Source of the DNA: Eutreptiella sp. 'Long Island Sound 2002'
Lineage: Eukaryota > Protista > Euglenida
Assembly: GCA_964036045.1 (NCBI GenBank)
Contig: OZ038378.1
Coordinates: 141,546,001 to 141,610,000, forward strand
Direction of reading: 5' to 3'
Length of the DNA stretch: 64,000 nt
The notes beneath the pieces were generated by a model that saw only the letters and a list, made by a program, of their open reading frames with translations, had not been told where the DNA came from and ran no database searches. Positions 49,198-61,073 of the stretch are shown here, piece after piece. Position numbers and translations under genes: made by a program. Position 1 is the first letter of the stretch, and each line of letters begins with the position of its first letter.

Positions 49198-50081
49198 GGG
49201 GCCTTCGGCCCACTTCTACTGGGGGGGGGGTCGCGTACAAAAGCGAGGAGACGGCCCCCCCGTGAAGCCATGCAAAGACACGAGGGATCATCAACGCTAA
49301 TAAGCACAGGGCTCAGTTTAGATTGGCGCAGGCCCACAATTAAAAGGGTACAGCAAGCGGTCCTTAGAAGCGCGATCGGCAATCCCCGCCCCCCCCCCCA
49401 CACACACCGTATGGTGACATGTGGACTGTCACATGTGTGGTGTTGGTGACACTGTCAGCCACCCTCCACTGTGGTGGTGGTGGTGGGGAGAGGGTTGACC
49501 AATTGACCAGTGACATGGAAACCTGGGCACATGCATATGCACAACCAAAAGAATATCCAAAATCCAGTTGCCCTGGCACAGTGCCGAGGCAATATGATCG
49601 TCACATTCAGAGAAGGTAGAATAATCACAGCCCCCCCGGGGCGACACTAAGGGGGAGTGTTAGCGTGCCGGGCATCTTTTTTGACCCCTGTCCCACCGGT
49701 GACCTTTTAGGGGGTGCACTAAGGGGGCGCACTTAGCGCAATGCAACTATTTGGGCGTCTGCCCGTACTGGAGACCCATACTTTGAGATACTGGGGGCAT
49801 CATTGTTTCCCCTAGCATTACCCCTAGCGTTACCCCTAGTGTTACCCCTAGTGCAGGTTTTGAGATCTGATTTTGTCCCCTTTGTTGGGGACCCCCGAGA
49901 ATGCAGGGGTGACGTAGCATTTCTGCCCTCTTTCGGGCCCCCGAGAAGACAGGGGTGAGGCATCCAATTCTGATTTTGTCCCTCTTTGTGTGGGGACCCC
50001 CAGAATGCAGGGGTGACGTCGCAATTCTGCCCTTTTTTGGGCCCCTGAGAAGGTAGGGGCGGGATATGGAGTGCAGACCCC

Positions 50082-50728
50082 TGGAATCCTAAATATGCGT
50101 CGCATGTTTACAAGGTGACTGTTGCCGTTGATATGTTGGGCAACATTATATGGATTTGCCCCTTGGCCCCCGGGACATCAACAGATGTTTTGATTTGCGG
50201 ATGGGTATGGATCTTCTCCTACCCCAAGTGATTTCTTTGATTTCGAAGTTGGGGGCCATGATGGTGCTTATAAAGGCCGGATTCATGTGATTGTGCCATT
50301 CATTGGAAGAAAGAATGGCACTTTGACAGCCCGCCAACAATCTTACAATGACGTGCACGGGTGGTATAGGGCACACATTGAGCAGCTGTTTGCCCGGTTG
50401 TGGCATTGGGGTTTGGTTAGGAACATCTGGCGTGGCGGCCCCAATGAGTTGCACCAGTCAATCCGTATTTTGTTGCATTTCATGCAATTTTGCATTCGCA
50501 GGCAAGTCTCTCACCCCCCCCTATGGACCATGGGAGCATGTCCCGCCTCATGTTTAGACTGACCAAAGCAACTCGGCCGCCAAGCAAGATGAGGCAGAGG
50601 ATGAGGCAGAAGTGTGTGTGTTGTGTTGTCAGAAGCGCTCCACCGTCGCAGTTTGTGATGAGTGCAAGGAGCACTATTGTGCTGAATGTATTGACACCCA
50701 CACTTGTGGGAGCAATGTTGTTTGTTAA
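50082..50728 (+). pseudogene. PIF/Harbinger-type DDE transposase C-terminal half with a terminal B-box-like zinc finger (degenerate)
   Basis: PKYASHVYKVTVAVDMLGNIIWICPLAPGTSTDVLI, then GHDGAYKGRIHVIVPF...TARQQSYNDVHGWYRAHIEQLFARL (DDE_Tnp_4-like). After a frameshift in a C run and a TAG it reads CVLCCQKRSTVAVCDECKEHYCAECIDTH. Confidence 0.8.
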
Positions 50729-51041
50729 GTACAATACAAATGACAGTTGGAGTGGTTGAATTCACAGCTTTTGCTTTATTATGCAACGTGCTTTGTAGGG
50801 AAGGTGTGCAGTGCAACGTGGTCTACTCGGGGGGCTTATCCATGAGAGGGTAAATCTGGGGCTAAAGTCGGGATAGTCAACAGAAAAATAGTGCGCCGGG
50901 CGCGCCCCGGGCAAGCACACCCGCTGAGATGATGTCCTCTGGTGAAGGCTCTGGGCTCGTCAAGTCCGGGTGGCTGGTGAGAGCAATAGAATGGTAGCGT
51001 GAATGCCGTGCCTCAGAATCTTCTGCATACCTTTGTGTCAG

Positions 51042-51243
51042 TGCTCAATCCAAGATCAGGAAGATCATTGAAGTGACTCATGCCCACGGCAAGAATTTGG
51101 GGCTGTTTGCCTTGGTATTCAAGAGCCTCCTGCTATTGTTGGCCGCGCTTCAAGGAGGGCACCGCCCCAGTCACGCATTTCTGTCGGGTGCCATTGGAGG
51201 CTTTTGGATTTGGGGTGACAGCAATTCACCCGTGAATGAACAG
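51042..51243 (+). CDS. PXMP4: Peroxisomal membrane protein 4, exon 3
   Basis: gtcag|T AQSKIRKIIEVTHAHGKNLGLFALVFK...HAFLSGAIGGFWIWGDSNSPVNEQ|gtgtac. Confidence 0.92.
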
Positions 51244-51285
51244 GTGTACTGTGCCGACTCTTCGACCAGTGCTTGTTTGCTACGC

Positions 51286-51289
<4 letters not shown>

Positions 51290-51337
<48 letters not shown>
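51290..51337. repeat. (GT)n microsatellite
   Basis: About 24 uninterrupted GT units. Confidence 0.95.
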
Positions 51338-51339
<2 letters not shown>

Positions 51340-54300
51340 TTGTGTGACGCACGTGCACCAGCATGGAGATGGGCCATTTGTTGCCCCTCTCTTGCATTTC
51401 TATTGCCACATTCTCTTCCTTGCTTCACTTTCACAAAAGGTATGAACAATAGCTGCGGCGGTAATCATTGTACAGCCCTGATGATTCACTGGGCTGACCC
51501 TGGCGTTTGTTTGTGGTTGGGTGATATTCAATGGGCTAGCTAAAGCCCTGACCTTTCTTTGTTCCTATTGTTTCATGAGCTGGCCAAAGCCCTGGTATCA
51601 CTTTGCCCCTTTGGTGATATTGGGCTACACTCCTCTAGTAGGCCACACAAAACCACAAAACAAAATGAACCGCCGACAGAAATGCATTTCCCTCAGAGCT
51701 GGCTCCTTCATTACTGGTTGGTTTGATTTTGCTTCCAGCACCTGTGCCCTTTTGTGATTGCACATGCACCATGTCCCGGATAAAACCAGGTTTTGGTTTG
51801 TTTTGCACTTGCTCCACAGGTGAGGAATCTGAAGGGGTGGTGGTTGGTCCATCCCCAAAGGGGACAATTATTTTTCCATCCATTACCAGCAGGATTGTAA
51901 GACAAAGCTGAGCTGGAGCGCATTCAGTTTGTCATTCAATCATAATCACTGCCACAGTGGTTCCTCACACCTACTCATCCCCCTGGTCCGCCTCCAGCAC
52001 CCCAACAGGACCAATAAGATGTTCACCAAAAGAAGGAAAGGCCACACACATTCGGTCCGGAATGATTCGGAAAACATCGGGCCACAGCGCTTTTTGCACA
52101 AACTCTAGTTAGCAAATAACTTAGTTTGCCAAAGCAGAAACAGTTACCGGTCAGGACAACCCTGGGGAGGGAGACAGAGCACCGTCAAGAGAGGGTTCGG
52201 TACAGATCGCAACAGCCCTGTGACAGTACTGCATTCCCATAACTCTCCCTTGTACATAGTTGATGATTGTTTAGTGCTTTTAGTCAGCCATCAATTTGTT
52301 TGGCTGTCATTGTCTAGCGTGTCGCCTTTAATCTTGGCATATCATGCCCGAGCCAAAACACTGCAAATTTTCCTTTGCGGCTGATGTCAACATGCCGTAG
52401 GCGGACACTGATTCTTACTAGCGAGGGCAACAAAGGAGGGATGGGGCCTCCAATGCTGTAGCGGCCTTTTTGCCGCTTGGGGAGCGCGGCACTGTAGCGG
52501 CCAATTATCACACTCACTCATACAAGTGGGGCTTGAGCTTGCGGTGGTTGACCTCATTGCGAAGTGGGCCATGGGGGGCGCCAAGTGTAGTCCCTAAACC
52601 CCGCCGGCCACCCGCCCCCTCTAGGGGGCTCAAGTGTTTAAAAGGTCCCGACCAAAGTACAAGTCAATATTACAAGTCAATATGGAGAAATTGGCTGGCG
52701 CCATAGGCGCTGGAAAATTTTGGTGCCCCATTTGAAGGGGCTAGTAAAACAAGTCACCCCATGTGTTTATGCTCACAATTTTCAGTTTTTTTTTGGCATT
52801 TTCCCTAGCCCCCAAAAAGGCAAGATTTGTGCAACCACTTCTGATTTTGTGCCCCTGTTGGGGATCCCCTAGAAGGCAGGGTTTATGTAGCCATCTTGAT
52901 CCGGCTCCACGATGGGGACCCCGAGAAGGCAAGGGCTATGTAACCATACTCATCAATCCCCACCATGGGGACCTACAAGGGGTGATCTAGCCATGTTGAT
53001 CCTTCCCTACTATGGGGACTTGAGGCGGCAGGGGGTAACATTGCCATATCGATCTTTCCCCAGCATGGGGACCCGAGAAGGTAGGGATCATGAAGCCACT
53101 TCTGATTTTGTCCCCCTTGTTGGGGAATTCTTGAGAAGGCACTACACAAATGTCGTTTGTAGCTCATTGAAGATCCCGCCCTCGAAGCTCAGCCCTGGCA
53201 CGAGGTAGCGGTTGGTGTCGGGTGAAACTTTTCACCAGGCCATGATACTGTCGGACCCAGCGATGGTCTCGCCAAAGATTTGCCCACCTCATAGCTGATG
53301 CTATAGATTGCGATGTGAACGATTTCGCTAAGTTGTTCTGTCAAACCATCCATGCTTTGAGTGCCAAATCGTGCAAGGCGAGGCGCCATGCAAATGTCGT
53401 TACGATGCGAAACGACTGCCTCACGGGACTGGCCACCCCGTGAGATGGTGATATGAAACACAAACGGTGGAAATGGCCTCACAAGCTTGGGCACCCTTTG
53501 GGGCACCTTCTTTGGTGCGGGCCGTGCCAACGAGGTCTCTTTACAGTGAGCCCCCCCCCCCCCCCCACGCAAGGGGTGTGGGCGGCTACAACCACTGTGA
53601 CATTGGTGAGGAGGTAGAGTGAAGATCTTTGTTGTTGTATGCCAACCCCTTAGGCCACCGTGTCCGTGCCACTTTTTTCATAGCAAGGTTTACAAGAAAC
53701 GACATGAGTGGAGATCACTATGAGATAGCAGCAAGGTTGTGTTGGGCGTGAATAGACCACGAGGTGGCTGCACGGGGTGCGTGGGTGGTGTGGGTGTGAA
53801 TATTGCATGAACACCATGGTGGTTCAGAGAAAGGGGTGGTTTTTGGTCCTATGCCTCCCCCGGCCCCCCCCTTCAAGGGGCCAAAATGTTTAAGGGGTGT
53901 TGGAGTAAGGGGACTGCACCTGGGCACCCCCCATGAAGTGGGCCTCGTTTGAGTGCCTATTGTGCTGGTCCTTGATGTAACGGTAGGAGAATGGACCATT
54001 ATCCGTTCTAAGGAGCGTGAAGTGTCCGATGATGCAGTTTTATATTAAGGCTAACATTCACAGACAAATTAATGAATGTGCGCGCTGCCTCGATAACCTG
54101 AAGACAAAGTGGAAATAGCTACGCCACAAACATTGTGAAGACAACGTGAGGTTGAATCTAGTAGGAAACACACCTCTAAAGAGGTGGTTGCCTGAAGACA
54201 TGAAGTTGAAAAAAGGGTGTTATGGACGTTCTTCGCAAGTTACCCCTACAAAATCGTTACCAGGCCTCTTGATGGCCCCACAATGGCCCCACGTAGCGCA

Positions 54301-56735
54301 CTAGGTATTGACAACAGTCAATGTGTAGTTTTAAAAGCTATTAGGCATCCGGGTGAGAGGAACATCCTAATCAGGATCCTAATGTTCCACCACCAAACCT
54401 TGAGATGTGCAAGGCTGTGATACTCACAACGGGACCCCGAGATGGCTTGAGTTATGCGAAAATTTGTTTGATCAAGAATTTTGCCGCATGGAATTGATGA
54501 CCTATGTGCATGGTCTCTTAGTGTCAAATCGATTAAAATCTTGTGCAAGAATATGCAAGCTGTTAAATCTTGCTCACCACCATGCAATGTGACCTTACAC
54601 TCTTGCTGCACTTTGTGGTTGGGAGATGCAAAAAAAAAGGCGACATAGACCCAATGACCTTGGGGTCCCAAAATTGGGATGTAAGGAAATGACTTTATGG
54701 CTCCTCCCACCCCGGGGTCACCAAAGAGGGGAGGGGAATAGTGGCTACATAACCCCTGCTAAATGGTATTGCCCATGGTGGCAAGGCCAACATCGCCTGC
54801 CCATCTCTATCCCCGATGTGGGGAGGTAGAAAGTGGTCGCAGAGCTTCAACAGTCTTGGGTGACCCAAAATAGGAAGGAAAATAGTGGCTACATAACATT
54901 CGCCATATAACCCCTCGTGCCTTGGGGTCTCTAGTGTGAGGAGGAATCAAACAATGGCAACATCGGTCCCCAACATGTGAGTTTCCTTTTGTCTTGGGGG
55001 CACGCCAACATGACAAAGACATGCGACTCAGCGGAGCGGTTTTACGCGATTTCCATATGTCCCGCCCATGTAGCATGCAAAGCAAATTCGGTTACCACAA
55101 CATCATTTGCATGCCCAATCCAATCCCAATCCAATCCAATCCCAACCCAATCCAACCCAATCCCCCGGCCCCAGAGGTAACCCGGACCCAAAATTTGGCA
55201 TGCCTGGTGGGGTCCCACTAACCCACCCAAGATGTGGTCTTCCTTTGATTGGCAGGGATTTTTAGGACTCTAGAACCGCATGCATGCACAGTTGTGGGGT
55301 CAAGGCCTCACCTGGTCACCAACCCACGGTCCACGCCGCCTTCCCTGCGGGACTTGACTGGGCGGCCGTACCCGGGTGTCCGGTCACAAGGCCTACCGGA
55401 CTGTTGACTGCCCCACACCCCGCAGTGGCGCTTGCGGGCGGGAGATGCCACCCCGCCTGTGTGTATGTGCCGTTGTGTGTCTGAGGGGGGGGGAGGGCTG
55501 TGGCACACTTGCTTGCTCCATTGTTGTTTGGCGTTGGCGCACATAGTGCGGGGAAGTGTGCCTGGTGCTCCTGGCCCCGGCAGGGAGGTTGTAGAGCCTG
55601 ACGCTGAACCCGCCGGGGGAGATGTGGGCCTAGGCTCGCAACCTCCACGTCACAAGGACAAGCTACCCAACTGCTCCACGACTGCCTATTGGCACGGGAA
55701 GGCGGTGGTACGTGGCGCGACTGGGGTCAGGCCCGCACTCCTTGACTGCCTTCGGCACAGGTGGTGCTGCCACGTGGGCTGGGTCTGGCTCCCCACTACC
55801 GAGGGCATACCCTGGGCAGTTGGAGGGGCCCCAGGGTGCAGAGAGTGCTTCCCTGCCCTGGGTGCCACCAGTGCTAGCTGCACAAGCTGCGGCGCTACAG
55901 CCTGCGTAGACGAGGGGGCCCAGAGGGCACCACGGCCGGAGGGGGGGGGCGTCAATTGAGCCTTTTTTTGGGGGGGGGTCTAGCCAGAGGGCTGTATAGA
56001 CTCCCTCCCCCCCCCCCCCCCACCCGGAGTTGAAAGCCCGGTTGCCCCAGTGTCAAGATTGTTCCCACGACATGGGGGCCTCACATTGCTGCTTTCTGCG
56101 CCTGCAAATACCCCTCATGGTCAGCAGGGCTCACCATCGTGTGTGTTGACTCCAAGTGCCTCTGATGTGTGGCTCCCTCGGCACCACCACTTGGGGGTGG
56201 GCTCTGTGTGTGTTTGCCCAACATGGCTGGCTGGAGGCTGCGAAGGGCACTCATTCTGAGAGCCTCTGATTCCCAAGCCCCAACAGCTCCAAATGGTTAG
56301 TGCAGCCCGCTGGTCGTGACGCCATCGGGCGCTCTGTGGCGATCAAGGGGTGGCCAGCGCCGCCTCACCTGGCCCAACGGGGGCATAGGTGTGGGTGTAA
56401 GTATGGGCACGGACCTGGGCACAGGGGACCGATGTTGGTGGTATCGTTGAAGTGCGTGTGTAGCCCCGGGGGGGCGGCCGGGCCCGGTCCTTGTATGCGA
56501 CCCCCCCCAGCCCCCCCCCCCCCCGGGTTTTGAAAGATAGTGGTGCCGGGTCAGCCACCAACAAGTGTCCCTAGAGAAAACTGTGCGGCGCCGAAGGCGC
56601 CAATTTTTTTTTTCATGCTATGTGTTTATATTCAAAATACTCAAAATTTTGTAGAGAATTCATATTTGTGTTAAAACAACAAGAAAAAATTTTGACCTGA
56701 AGGAGGGCTACAGGAGGGCTGCAAGCCCTAACAGC

Positions 56736-56767
56736 AACCCTAGCCCTAACCCTAACCCTAACCCTAA
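56736..56767. repeat. Interstitial telomeric-type hexamers (CCCTAA)n
   Basis: aaccctagccctaaccctaaccctaaccctaa directly abuts the 1.14-kb element. Similar tracts lie at 57899-57952, 60241-60254, about 47698-47710 and 48993-49040. Confidence 0.85.
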
Positions 56768-59700
56768 TCAAGACTGAATATTGGGACCGAGCTGGTGGGG
56801 GAGGGAACATTAGATATGAATGGTGAGGGACATCAAGAATGATTCACACATTGATGGCTCTTGACAAAGTGAAATGCACCTGAACCCCATCACCACGAGG
56901 CCCACTTTCAAGGCTTTTTGGACTTCTGAGGGGCCAAAATGCCCCAAAATGGGCTCAAAATGGGCTCATTTCACCCTTTTGTGCACCCCAAATGGTCTAC
57001 GATGAGTTTTGGAAAAATGCGTTTTTGACCCATTTTTGACCCATTTTTGGTCCCGAAACAGCCCATTTTCAAGGCATTTTGGGATTTTCGGAGGACCAAA
57101 ATGGGCCACCACAAGCTCAAAACAGTCCAAAAACACTTGTTTTAGCGTCGCACATGGTCGAGGATCATTTTTGAGAAAAGTCATCTTTTTGCCCCTACTG
57201 GACCCTGTTGACCCATTTGGGTACCCACCTGTTTGGGCTTGAGCTTGCAGCTTGCCGCAACCTAGTGGGCCTAGGTATGGGGGTCTAGGCGTCCGTTTGG
57301 GCAATTCTGAGGGGTGGAAACCACAAAACGTGGGGGGTTGCGGGTGGAGTAGGTGCCCTCGGAATCGCATTTTGAGCCATGTAGCCAAAGATATGGCCTA
57401 TTCTTGGTTTGTGGCTGTCGGCAGTTGGAGCTTCTGGGGGCCTTTTTGGGCCGCTTCCGCGGCATATCATGGAGTTAGAGGGCCGCAAAGAGCTCGTTGA
57501 CACGGGGAAGTCAAGCGGCACGTGGAGTGTACCCACCGTTTCCCTTCGTTTGGCCGTTTTGAATGTGTTCCAGGGCATTTTTGGCCCAAAAATGGCTGTT
57601 TTGGGCCCTGAACTGCAGTTTTTGAAACTGAGGTCCGCCACTTGCGAATCCCGTTCCCGGCCGCCACCGTTGAGTTTCTTGCTCAAACTTTGTGTGATTG
57701 TACTTCACACCCATAGGTATCATCCACCAAAATTTCACCCGAATGTGAAGCACCACGACGGAAATCTGATTTTTACCCATTTCGCGCGTGCTGCTGCTTG
57801 CTGCTTGCTGCTTGCTGCTGCTGCTGCTAAACCTGGTAGGTCCACCCTAGACACTAAAAAGGGTTATAAAACCAAGACTGGTTCCACCAGCTCGGTGACC
57901 CTAACCCTAACCCTAGGGCTAACCCTAACCCTAGGGCCAACCCCAACCCTAATCAAGACTGAATATTGGGACCGAGCTGGTGGGGGAGGGAACATCAGCT
58001 ATGACTGGTGAGGGACATCAAGAATGATTCACACATTGATGGCTCTTGACAAAGTGGAATCGGCTTGCAAGTGAACCCCATCACCACGAGGCCCACTTTC
58101 AAGGCTTTTTGGATTTCTGAGGGGCCAAAATGCCCCAAAATGGGCTCAAAATGGGCTCATTTCACCCTTTTGTGCACCCCAAATGGTCTAGGATGACTTT
58201 TGGAAAAATGCGTTTTTGACCCATTTTTGACCCATTTTTGGTCCCAAAACAGCCCATTTCCAAGGCATTTTGGGATTTTCGGAGGACCAAAATGGGCCAC
58301 CACAAGCTCAAAACGGTCCAAAAACACTTGTTTTAGCGTCGCACACGGTCGAGGATCATTTTTGAGAAAAGTCATCTTTTTGCCCCTACTGGACCCTAAT
58401 GACCCATTTGGGCACCCACCTGTTTGGGCTTGAGCTCGCAGCTTGCCGCAACCTAGTGGGCCTAGGTATGGGGGTCTAGGCGTCCGTTTGGGCAATTCTA
58501 AGGGGTGGAAACCACAAAAAGTGGGGGGTTGCGGGTGGAGTAGGTGCCCTCGGAATCGCATTTTGAGCCATGTAGCCAAAGATATGGCCTATTCTTGGTT
58601 TGTGGCTGTCGGCATTTGAAGCTTCTGGGGGCCTTTTTGGGCCGTTTCCACGACATATCATGGAGTTAGAGGGCCGCAAAGAGCTCGTTGACATGGGGAA
58701 GTCAAGCCGCACGTGGGGTGTACCCACCGTTTCCCTTTGTTTGGCCGTTTTGAATGTGTTCCAGGGCTTTTTAAGCCCAAAAATGGCTGTTTTTGGCCCT
58801 AAACTGCAGTTTTTGAAACTGAGGTCCGCCACTTGCGAATCCCGTTCCCGGCCGCCACCGTTGAGTTTCTTGCTCAAACTTTGTGTGATTGTACTTCACA
58901 CCCATAGGTATCATCCACCAAAATTTCACTGGAATCCGAAGCACCACGACGGAGTTCTGATTTTGGCCCATTTCGCGCGTGCTGCTTGCTTGCTGCTTGC
59001 TGCTTGCTTGCTGCTTGCTTGCTAAACCTGGTAGGTCCACCCTAGACACTAAAAAGGGTTATAAAACCAAGACTGGTTCCACCAGCTCGGTGACCTTAAT
59101 CAAGACTGAATATTGGGACCGAGCTGGTGGGGGAGGGAACATCAGCTATGACTGGTGAGGGACATCAAGAATGATTCACACATTGATGGCTCTTGACAAA
59201 GTGAAATCAGCTTGCAAGTGAACCCCATCACCACGAGGCCCATCTTCAAGGCTTTTTGGACTTCTGAGGGGCCAAAATGCCCCAAAATGGGCTCAAAATG
59301 GGCTCATTTCACCCTTTTGTGCACCCCAAATGGTCTAGGATGAGGTTTGGAAAAATGCGTTTTTGACCCATTTTTGACCCATTTTTGGTCCCGAAACAGC
59401 CCATTTTCAAGGCATTTTGGGATTTTCGGAGGACCAAAATGGGCCACCACAAGCTCAAAACAGTCCAAAAACACTTGTTTTAGCGTCGCACATGGTCGAG
59501 GATCATTTTTGAGAAAAGTCATCTTTTTGCCCCTACTGGACCCTGTTGACCCATTTGGGCACCCACCTGTTTGGGCTTGAGCTTGCAGCTTGCCGCAGCC
59601 TAGTGGGCCTAGTTATGGGGGTCTAGGCGTCCGTTTGGGCAATTCTGAGGGGTGGAAACCACAAAAAGTGGGGGGTTGCGGGTGGTGTAGGTGCCCTCGG

Positions 59701-60240
59701 AATCGCGTTTTGAGCCATGTAGCCCAAGATATGGCCTATTCTTGGTTTGTGGCTGTCGGCATTTGGACCTTCTGGGGGCCTTTTTGGGCCGTTTCCGCGA
59801 CATATCATGGAGTTAGAGGGCTGCAAAGAGCTCGTTGACACGGGGAAGTCAAGCGGCACGTGTAGTGTACCCATCGTTTCCCTTCGTTTGGCCGTTTTGA
59901 ATGCGTTCCGGGGCTTTTTCGGCCCAAAAATGGCTGTTTTGGGCCCTGAACTGCAGTTTTTGAAACTGAGGTCTGCCACTTGCGAATCCCGTTCCCGGCC
60001 GCCACCGTTGAGTTTCTTGCTCAAACTTTGTGTGATTGTACTTCACACCCATAGGTATCATCCACCAAAATTTCACCCGAATATGAAGCACCACGACGGA
60101 GTGCTGATTTTGGCCCATTTCGCGCGTGCTGCTTGCTTGCTGCTTGCTGCTTGCTTGCTGCTTGCTTGCTAAACCTGGTAGGTCCACCCTAGACCCTAAA
60201 AAGGGTTATAAAACCAAGACTGGTTCCACCAGCTCGGTGA
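56768..60240. mobile_element. Head-to-tail array of three ~1.14-kb non-coding elements separated by telomeric hexamers
   Basis: Units are 56768-57898, 57953-59093 and 59100-60240. The spacers are 9 hexamers and 1 hexamer (ccttaa). Each unit has a 13-bp subterminal inverted repeat (accgagctggtgg/ccaccagctcggt) and a (TGCT/TGC)n tract near one end. Confidence 0.88.
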
Positions 60241-60827
60241 CCCTAACCCTAACCCCCCCCCCCCCTCACCCTTGGCTGGACTCCCCCGTGACCCCTGGCC
60301 AACCCCCCCCCCCCCCAACCCCCGGCAGGACCCCCCCCCGACCCCCGGCTTGACCCCCCCCGACCCCTGGCTTGACCCCCCCCCCCCCGACCCCCGGCTG
60401 GACCCCCCCCCCCCCCCAACTGCCCCCCCCCCCCCCCCCCCCGAGTTTTGACAGATAGCTGGGGGGTGGGTCGCATCAGGACCGGTTGTAGTCGCCCCCC
60501 GGGTGTGTAGCGCCCACTTCCCTGCTGCCAGGGAGATGTTGTATCATGATCGGATCTCAAGCGGAGGCTGACCCTTCAAAAAGTCACTGGAATCGGAGCG
60601 CAAACCAGAGTCAGAACTGATGTCACAGCTGGAGTGAGACCGTACCCATTCCTGCGCCCCGCCTCTGCCTGTCCCCATGTGCCCGGCTATGCCCACACCC
60701 TTGCTCCTTCCCATGCCCGCAGCCATCCCCATGCCCCGTGCCCCGCGCCCAAAGCCGATCACATGCCCACGGCCCCATCCGTCCCTGTGCCCATGGGTTT
60801 GCTGGTACACTTGACCCCCGTCCACAG

Positions 60828-61073
60828 ATCAATCTGTACCTTTTGTCGCGCGTTCTGATGGCCCTCGTGCGTCTCGGGCAGAGCAAGTGCCGCGTAGCCA
60901 GCCCGCCTTACGCCTTCCGCACGTTTGCGGCGGCGGTGTGGGCCCTCACGATGTGGCTGTTCTACCTGGACAAAGACCTGCTGCAGCCTGGCCTCAAGGC
61001 CTCGATGGAGTACATCTATTTGGACTCGGAGCGGTGGAAGTCGCTGCGCACTCTTGTGTGGCACAACAAATAG
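60828..61073 (+). CDS. PXMP4: Peroxisomal membrane protein 4, last exon
   Basis: ccacag|INLYLLSRVLMAL...FAAAVWALTMWLFYLDKDLLQPGLKASMEYIYLDSERW...WHNK* matches the PXMP4 C-terminus (INMYLLSRVLFAL...VWGLVLWLF...LQPSLQSSMTYLY.DS..W). Confidence 0.95.
   Translation: MNLYLLSRVLMALVRLGQSKCRVASPPYAFRTFAAAVWALTMWLFYLDKDLLQPGLKASMEYIYLDSERWKSLRTLVWHNK

Noticed and set aside
56966-60187. Repeated ORFs such as MATWLKMRFRGHLL and MSKKLNGGGRERD in each 1.14-kb unit
   Set aside because: Short, overlapping on both strands, variably truncated between copies, and with no recognisable domain.
56736-60254. True telomere or chromosome end
   Set aside because: Hexamer tracts are short, degenerate and internal, and PXMP4 exons continue in phase on both sides.
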